DNA from: Candidatus Melainabacteria bacterium 17Bon1m
GTDB taxonomy: Bacteria > Cyanobacteriota > Vampirovibrionia > Obscuribacterales > Obscuribacteraceae
Assembly: GCA_032128875.1 (NCBI GenBank)
Contig: JAVLKG010000004.1
Span: 416,001-480,000 of the forward strand
DNA: 64,000 nt
Direction: 5' to 3'
Below, piece after piece: positions 58,229-64,000 of the stretch. Every line of letters begins with the position of its first letter. Position 1 is the first letter of the stretch. The notes under the pieces were generated by a model that saw nothing but the letters and a program-made list of their open reading frames with translations, was not told where the DNA came from and did not search any database. A program made the position numbers and the translations under genes.

Positions 58229-58948
58229 TCAAGGCGAAATAACTTTATCCGCCGAGAAAAGGTATTCGCTAATTGCGTACATGTTCGTGATTTGTTCAGG
58301 CTTTACTTTGTCTTTGAGCCCATAGAATTCGACACAGAGTCCGCAAGCAAAGACTTCCACGCCTTCTGCCTTGAAGTCGTCCAGAACTTTTCTTATTGAA
58401 GAATCCGGATCCATCAGACGCACGCCAGTGTTTGCCAGCAAGATTGCCTGCGGTCTGTGACCAGCTTGCAGTATGGTTTGCAAAAATACGTTCAGTAAGT
58501 TGACACTGAAATCCCTGTCGCCTTCTCCGAATGTGTCCTTCGCTATGAAAATTACACTGGTCTTTCTTGTTTGACCGGAATGGTTTTCTTGTTTTTTTGC
58601 ATTAGTTGCCTCGGAATCGTTCGAAGTTATCGATAATTTTGATAGTTTCGATTCTTGAGATTGCTGCGATTCTTGCGATACATGTGATTTATGTTTGTCT
58701 TGTGATTCTTTTTTTGAATCGATAACAACCACATATCCTTCATTGCTTTCTTTTGATTGAAGAGACAAGCCGAGTGAATTGGCAAGGCGAGTCAAGTTCA
58801 TTACATTGATGTCGCTGTCTACGAGAACTTCAACTGCACCCTCCGGCTTTTGATCGAGAATTTTCTTTGTGCGCAATACCGGCTCTGGGCACATAAGACC
58901 GCGCAGGTCTAATGTATTTGTTTGATCGTGTTTTTTGTCTGTGCTCAT
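58229..58948 (-). CDS. yedF: Selenium metabolism protein YedF (TusA/SirA + DsrE-like domains)
   Basis: LDLRGLMCPEPV TusA motif; D.FGEGD, ACGLC.FYGL, ITNMY; overlaps the selD stop. Confidence 0.9.
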   Translation of the reverse strand: MSTDKKHDQTNTLDLRGLMCPEPVLRTKKILDQKPEGAVEVLVDSDINVMNLTRLANSLGLSLQSKESNEGYVVVIDSKKESQDKHKSHVSQESQQSQESKLSKLSITSNDSEATNAKKQENHSGQTRKTSVIFIAKDTFGEGDRDFSVNLLNVFLQTILQAGHRPQAILLANTGVRLMDPDSSIRKVLDDFKAEGVEVFACGLCVEFYGLKDKVKPEQITNMYAISEYLFSADKVISP

Positions 58949-60003
58949 TTCTTTACCTCGATCTGACCAGCTTTTCCTTTTACAAATCCGCCGATTATGC
59001 TTGCTGTCAATCCGGCTGCAGTAAGCTCAGCCAGAAGGCGCATGGCTGGCTCTTCTTGGAGCGAGAACATGAGCCCGCCTGATGTTTGCGGATCGAATAA
59101 CAAGTCCTGCAATGCAACATCTATATCTTCGAGATTCATAACGTATGAGCTAAACGTATTTCTATTGCCGTAGGCGCCTGCAGGTACGAAACCTTGTGAT
59201 GCCAGAGCAACGGCACCGGCAAAAAACGGCAAATCATCTATATATAAGTACGCCGCTAATCCACTTGCTAAGGCCATTTCGGTGGTATGGCCAATCAAAC
59301 CAAAACCGGTTATGTCGGTGGCCGCATTTATCTTGTATTTCTTTGCAATCTCCAGCGCGCGCTTATTCAGGAGAGTCAGAGAGTCAATAAGCTGCTTGTA
59401 CTCTAGATCAGAAAGAGTGCCTCCTTTGAGCCCCAGAAGCATCACGCCTGTGCCAAGCGGTTTTGTCAGCAGTAGTACGTCACCATCCTTTGCACCGCCA
59501 TTGGTGAGTACTGATTGAGGGTTGATAACGCCCGTAACCGACAAACCGAAAACTGGCTCTGGTCCTTGAATTGAATGACCGCCTGCGACCGTAACTCCCG
59601 CTTCTGCGCATGCCGCTTGTCCGCCTTTCAAAATTTCTTCTACTACAGACAGAGGGTAATCGCAGGTGGGAAAACAGAGCACGTTAAGGGCGATTACCGG
59701 CTTTCCGCCCATTGCGTATATGTCAGATAGCGCATTAACTGCCGCAATGCGTCCAAATAGGAAGGGATCGTCTACTACAGGCGGGAAGAAATCTATCGTT
59801 TCAATAATTGCAATATCTTCTGTAATTTTGTAAACAGCGGCGTCTTCGAAATTATCCAGACTGGTGAGGAGTTCTGGGCATTGCGTCCTGGGAATGGAGC
59901 TTAGAACTTGCTTCAGCTCGATAGAACTAATCTTTGCCGCACAGCCAGCGGCTTTTACGTTGGCTGTCAATTTTCTTGAAGATTCATTATTGCTTGTGGT
60001 CAT
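58945..60003 (-). CDS. selD: Selenide, water dikinase (Cys form)
   Basis: AAGCAAKI, DAAVY, TIDFFPPVVDDP, NALSDIYAMGG, TDITGFGL, DPQTSGGL. Confidence 0.96.
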   Translation of the reverse strand: MTTSNNESSRKLTANVKAAGCAAKISSIELKQVLSSIPRTQCPELLTSLDNFEDAAVYKITEDIAIIETIDFFPPVVDDPFLFGRIAAVNALSDIYAMGGKPVIALNVLCFPTCDYPLSVVEEILKGGQAACAEAGVTVAGGHSIQGPEPVFGLSVTGVINPQSVLTNGGAKDGDVLLLTKPLGTGVMLLGLKGGTLSDLEYKQLIDSLTLLNKRALEIAKKYKINAATDITGFGLIGHTTEMALASGLAAYLYIDDLPFFAGAVALASQGFVPAGAYGNRNTFSSYVMNLEDIDVALQDLLFDPQTSGGLMFSLQEEPAMRLLAELTAAGLTASIIGGFVKGKAGQIEVKK

Positions 60004-60383
60004 TTTGTCTGCGTCGTGGTTGTCGTAAGGAACCCGCATGAATACTGGATATCTTGGAGTGGGTGGCGGGACTATCTGATCGTATGGTTGATTGTCTCAA
60101 GTGATGAACTTTTCTGTGTCTCATGTAAACCCGCATGATATGCAGTTCTTGGATGTGCCTTGGTTTTAGCCATTCCAAGAAACCTTTTAACTAAATTCAG
60201 CAATCACTTCTGAATTTGCAGCGTTTGAGGCATTCCAAAACGCGAGTGAGTGTAATACATTTATTGACGGAACCCACCTCGCAACAAGCATAGACGGTGG
60301 TCCTTGCGTAAGTCTACGCCTATTCGCGTACGTGGTTTCGTAACTTTTTTCTACCCCACTCAGATATTTAAGAAGGATCTGGC

Positions 60384-60590
60384 ATGCCAAAGAAAGTACT
60401 TGTGGCGCTTCCTCCCGGATTGCTGGAGCAGATTGACAGTGTTGCTCAAGTTGAGCACCGCACTCGCTCCGATTTGATAAGAGAGGCATTGAGACGCTAC
60501 ATCGACGGTTTCAAGCGTACTCAGGGACCGCGCATGTCAATCAGTTCCGTAGGCTCGCAAAAGATCGCCTTGCTCACTGAATCAGAGTAA
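60384..60590 (+). CDS. Ribbon-helix-helix (CopG family) DNA-binding protein
   Basis: KVLVALP..LLEQID..RTRSDLIREALRRY; AAGGA RBS. Confidence 0.85.
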   Translation: MPKKVLVALPPGLLEQIDSVAQVEHRTRSDLIREALRRYIDGFKRTQGPRMSISSVGSQKIALLTESE

Positions 60591-60661
60591 GCCGCTCTTA
60601 GTTAGCGTCAGCCTAATACCATTTTTCCTTAAATCGCATGGTAGTTTCCCCACTTAGTCTG

Positions 60662-60690
60662 TTGACTTCCGGGCGACTGCAACGCAGAAT
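60662..60690 (+). promoter_or_regulatory. Sigma70-type promoter upstream of a structured leader
   Basis: TTGACT-N17-CAGAAT. Confidence 0.5.
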
Positions 60691-60782
60691 TTAATAGCCA
60701 AGCTCGGCGTAAAAGGCCCGTTACAAGAGAGGGGACCGAGACTTCGGTTAGGACATGAGCGTTGAAGTTCTAGGACGTAGCC

Positions 60783-61112
60783 ATGCAGTGGGGCAACATA
60801 CTGGTATTTGAAGTCCTGTTTATAGCCACCGTGGCTATGGGCTTAGGCTTCGCGCGTGCACCGCGGTGGCTGCTCAGACGCAAACTTCAAAAGGGCTTCC
60901 CCTGGGGCTACTATGCCGACCAGATTCCCCAGTCGGATCCCTACATGTTCAACGACAAAGATACAAACGACTTCTTGCACGATACAGGGCTCGAATTCGG
61001 TGGTCTGGACGGGGCTGGCGATTTCGGCGAATTCAGTGGATTCGGAGAATTGGGCGAATACGGTCAAAGCTTCTTCGGTGGCGATGGCGGCGGCATGGGC
61101 GGCGGCGAATAA
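60783..61112 (+). CDS. Hypothetical membrane-anchored protein with an acidic Gly/Phe-rich tail
   Basis: N-terminal TM segment; C-terminal GDFGEFSGFGE..GGDGGGMGGGE; AGGA RBS. Confidence 0.65.
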   Translation: MQWGNILVFEVLFIATVAMGLGFARAPRWLLRRKLQKGFPWGYYADQIPQSDPYMFNDKDTNDFLHDTGLEFGGLDGAGDFGEFSGFGELGEYGQSFFGGDGGGMGGGE

Positions 61113-61191
61113 GCTGTACGGCGGCTGTTTCAAGCCTAGAATTTCTTTTGCCTAACTGCGCTAAACTGGTTGGGTATGAGGGAGCGGTGCC

Positions 61192-62721
61192 TTGGCGGAT
61201 CCTAATTTTCTTTGGCTGTACGGCTTCGTATTGCTGATTGGCGGCAGCCTTTTTACTAAAGAGAAAGTCAAGAAAGCTCTCACCGGGGCTTTGCTCGTCT
61301 ACGCCACGATTTTTGTGTGTCAGGGTTTGTGGAATTCGTCCCACAGTCCGGCAAAGAGTGGCAAGGGCGGTCTGGGCAACTCCAACAACGCCGATGTTCT
61401 GCTTAAGGTAGAGTCTGCAGTCAACACTTTTCAGCGCAATACCAGTTCATTTGCGCCTCCACAGCCCACAGAGGCTGTAAACAAGCGTCGAGCCGAGATG
61501 CTTATGCAGGCCGAAGACCTTCTCAAAAAGAGTGTCGCCGACCAACCCAACGACCCCATGATTTTGGCTCGAGCCATTATCGTCTCGAAAGAACTGGGTC
61601 GCCCGACAAGAACGAATATAGAGCGACTGGAAGCAATCAATACTGACAAGTCACGTCAATTGGCTCGTATTCTTGAAGCTCTCTACAACAATCCTAAAGC
61701 ACTTGATGCGCAGAAACGAAAAGCCTTAGCGACAGAAATCGAAACTGAATTCAACGGTTGGTATAAAACCGTCTCACTGATGCGCCTTTATACCGCAACA
61801 CATCAGATAGAAGCGCTCAAGAAAGTTACTGCAGAATTCGATGATGCCAATCTGCGTTTTGTCGCTCGTGGACTCTTTCTCATAGGAGTGGTCGGACTTG
61901 CATTTCTAGGTGGCGTGATCGTGATACTCGCCACGCTTTTTATGATGCCACGGCGCATAACACCGCCCGAACACAGGGAACAAGTTGCTTCTCCTCAAAA
62001 GTACGGCGCTTTAACCATCTATTCGGTATTCATTGCTTGGCTGGCAACGCAGCAGGTCATTTCGATTTTCTTGCAGTCTGCGCTTAAAGACGCCCAGCTG
62101 GCCAAACAAGGCGCATTAGTCGCCGGCTTGGTCATGTTCTTCATGTACTTGATAGCTAATGGACCTGGCATTCTGTGGGTTTATTTCCTTGCGCTCAAAC
62201 CTCGAGCAATCAAGCTTTTTGAAGGTGTTCGACTGCGTTTTAAAGTCGATCGCAACGGGCCGTTCAAACTGATTATGTACGGCGTTTTTACCTGGATGGC
62301 CGCCATTCCATGTGTTGTAGTCGCCTACTTGCTTGCTGCTAAATATCTGGGCTCTCAAGGCTCCAGCAACCCTGTTATTTCGTTTGTTATGCAAGCCGCC
62401 CGCAATAACAGCGTGGCTGCCGCAGTTATCTTCTATGTGACACTGGGAGTGCTTGCTCCTATTTGCGAAGAAATACTATTCAGGGGCTTTCTCTACACGG
62501 CTCTGAGGCGCTATTGGGGTATTTTGCCTTCAATGCTATTGTCCGCCGCGCTTTTTGCCGGTATACACCTGGATGCCGGCGGTTTTCTGCCGCTTATGAC
62601 CCTCGGTATGCTTTTCGCCTTCACGCTTGAGAAGACCCGCAGTATTTTGCCGTGTATGGTCGCCCACGGACTCTGGAATAGCGGCACCTTTACCATGGTA
62701 CTTCTGGTCTTCTCTCCTTGA
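61192..62721 (+). CDS. CPBP (CAAX/Abi) intramembrane metalloprotease with an N-terminal soluble domain
   Basis: EEILFRG, FAGIH, HGLWN motifs. Confidence 0.9.
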   Translation: MADPNFLWLYGFVLLIGGSLFTKEKVKKALTGALLVYATIFVCQGLWNSSHSPAKSGKGGLGNSNNADVLLKVESAVNTFQRNTSSFAPPQPTEAVNKRRAEMLMQAEDLLKKSVADQPNDPMILARAIIVSKELGRPTRTNIERLEAINTDKSRQLARILEALYNNPKALDAQKRKALATEIETEFNGWYKTVSLMRLYTATHQIEALKKVTAEFDDANLRFVARGLFLIGVVGLAFLGGVIVILATLFMMPRRITPPEHREQVASPQKYGALTIYSVFIAWLATQQVISIFLQSALKDAQLAKQGALVAGLVMFFMYLIANGPGILWVYFLALKPRAIKLFEGVRLRFKVDRNGPFKLIMYGVFTWMAAIPCVVVAYLLAAKYLGSQGSSNPVISFVMQAARNNSVAAAVIFYVTLGVLAPICEEILFRGFLYTALRRYWGILPSMLLSAALFAGIHLDAGGFLPLMTLGMLFAFTLEKTRSILPCMVAHGLWNSGTFTMVLLVFSP

Positions 62722-62767
62722 GCCGGTAAGGTTTCCCGGCTATTTTGACTCGCTTAATGGGCATATA

Positions 62768-62795
62768 GAAAAAAGACCGTTAACGGTCTTTTTTC
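62768..62795. repeat. Dispersed 28-bp palindrome, copy 4 (perfect)
   Basis: GAAAAAAGACCGTT|AACGGTCTTTTTTC is its own reverse complement. Confidence 0.92.
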
Positions 62796-62807
62796 CAGAC
62801 CGATCTC

Positions 62808-63365
62808 TTGAATGAGAAGCGAAGTCGGGCAGGGGGTCAAATGGTCACAGCCAAGCCTCAAATTGCCATCAAGTTGGTTTCCAAGCCTTATTCGAAAAGG
62901 ACTGCGTTGGGACCGCTCATGGTAGGTATTGGCGTGGGCTGGATATTTGCCATTCTCTGGCTGGTTACGGGAATTTTTGCTCTCGTGCACAATATTTACT
63001 GGGGGCTCACGCTCCTGGCTTCAACTTCAGGCTTTTCGTTGTTTCTTGGTCTTATGACTTACTCCATGGTGCGAGATGCGAATCGCAGTTTTGTCTTTGA
63101 GCTGACTGATTCTGATGCTGTTCTCTATGTGTATGATCGGCTCAAAAAGCGTAAATCCACTCAAATGGTGCTTCTCGACGACGTCAAATATGTCGAATAC
63201 TATCCGTATCGCGATTCATCATCGATGATTTTGCATACGTCTTATGCGCAAATGGAAGTGCCCTTGTGGCCAATGGGAGAACAGGTCAAGGATGTGATCG
63301 ACTTTCTCGATGGTCGCGGCTTGCAGATCGTCAATGTTCAATTTGACGACGTGATTCCTGATTAG
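62808..63365 (+). CDS. Hypothetical membrane protein (2 TM + small beta domain); start may be ATG62841
   Basis: 185-aa ORF with two hydrophobic helices. Confidence 0.7.
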   Translation: MNEKRSRAGGQMVTAKPQIAIKLVSKPYSKRTALGPLMVGIGVGWIFAILWLVTGIFALVHNIYWGLTLLASTSGFSLFLGLMTYSMVRDANRSFVFELTDSDAVLYVYDRLKKRKSTQMVLLDDVKYVEYYPYRDSSSMILHTSYAQMEVPLWPMGEQVKDVIDFLDGRGLQIVNVQFDDVIPD

Positions 63366-64000
63366 TGAAACCCACCTTTTTGCCGTTGGTGTTTATTTCG
63401 GGAAATGTCACGGTAAAACAGGTGCCGATCCCGTCAGTGCCTTCTTTTACTTCTACTTTTGCATTGTGGGAATTGGCAATTTCTCTCACGATTGCGAGCC
63501 CTAGACCGCTGCCTGATGCGCCGTCTCTGAGTATCCTGTAAAAGCGCTCGAAGACCAAATCTCTTTCTTTCTCCGGAATGCCCGGTCCGTTGTCTTCTAC
63601 AGACAGAGTTGGTGAGCGCAGTTTGGAGACTCTGACGGTGACCTTGCCGCCTTCCTGGTTGTAGATAACAGCGTTCTCGATGATGTTGGTGACAAGTTCG
63701 CGCAAACCTACGGGATCCCCATCGATGAAAATTGATTCGTGGGGAGACTCGAATCCAAGGTCAACTTTCTTTTCGATGGAAAGCGGCACCAGATCTTCAG
63801 TGACGCTGGATACGATTTCGCTCAAATCAGTTATTTGTCGTGCCGTTTGTGATACCCCAGGCTCGCTTCGCGCTAGTGTCAATAGACGCACGATCAAGTT
63901 AGACATTCGATTGATGCCGGTGTGAAGCTGCGCCAGAACTGACCTGACGGACTCGTCCTCGTTCATTTTGAGCGCCAAATCTGCGTATGTTTTTAGTCCC
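63331..64000 (-). CDS. Sensor histidine kinase, C-terminal part (5' end lies outside the window)
   Basis: Frame is open to the window edge (GLKTYADLAL); LLTLAR, NIIENAVIY N box, DNGPGI, FERFYR, GSGLGLAIV. Confidence 0.92.
   Translation of the reverse strand, partial: GLKTYADLALKMNEDESVRSVLAQLHTGINRMSNLIVRLLTLARSEPGVSQTARQITDLSEIVSSVTEDLVPLSIEKKVDLGFESPHESIFIDGDPVGLRELVTNIIENAVIYNQEGGKVTVRVSKLRSPTLSVEDNGPGIPEKERDLVFERFYRILRDGASGSGLGLAIVREIANSHNAKVEVKEGTDGIGTCFTVTFPEINTNGKKVGFTNQESRRQIEH

Noticed and set aside
58945-60039. Selenocysteine (UGA) recoding in selD
   Set aside because: The active-site codon encodes Cys (AAGCAAK) and the frame is uninterrupted.
60384-61112. Type II toxin-antitoxin pair
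   Set aside because: The gene after the RHH protein is about 190 nt away, has its own promoter-like element, and encodes a TM protein with no known toxin motif.
2719-62795. 28-bp palindrome as a CRISPR repeat
   Set aside because: Copies are single and 12-28 kb apart, with no spacer array and no cas genes.

Overview
Chromosomal window from a diderm bacterium. Cyanobacteria-like housekeeping proteins (efp-accB-accC, a three-POTRA Omp85) and the absence of photosynthesis genes suggest a non-photosynthetic Cyanobacteriota relative (Melainabacteria/Vampirovibrionia, possibly Obscuribacterales); this is an inference, not a search result. Core content: valS, efp-accB-accC, tmk, bamA-skp-lpxD-lpxC, an LptD-like gene, a ROK kinase, selD-yedF and two tRNAs (Arg-UCG and a non-initiator CAU tRNA). 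Accessory content: a double-frameshifted gene and a tRNA-like fragment beside tRNA-Arg, a matrixin-TonB fusion, a kinase-cyclase-ATPase-TPR fusion, an orphan VirD4-like ATPase, a DUF3142 gene pair, a 1373-aa multidomain protein with putative cell-wall hydrolase domains, and a subtilase followed by Tad-like pilin genes. The clearest unannotated signals are a 28-bp palindrome (GAAAAAAGRYCGTTAACGGTCTTTTTTC) found in four unrelated intergenic regions, two further REP/REPIN-like families, and a candidate structured leader RNA near 60.7 kb. No CRISPR array, rRNA, transposase or integrase was seen. All product calls come from motif recognition by eye.
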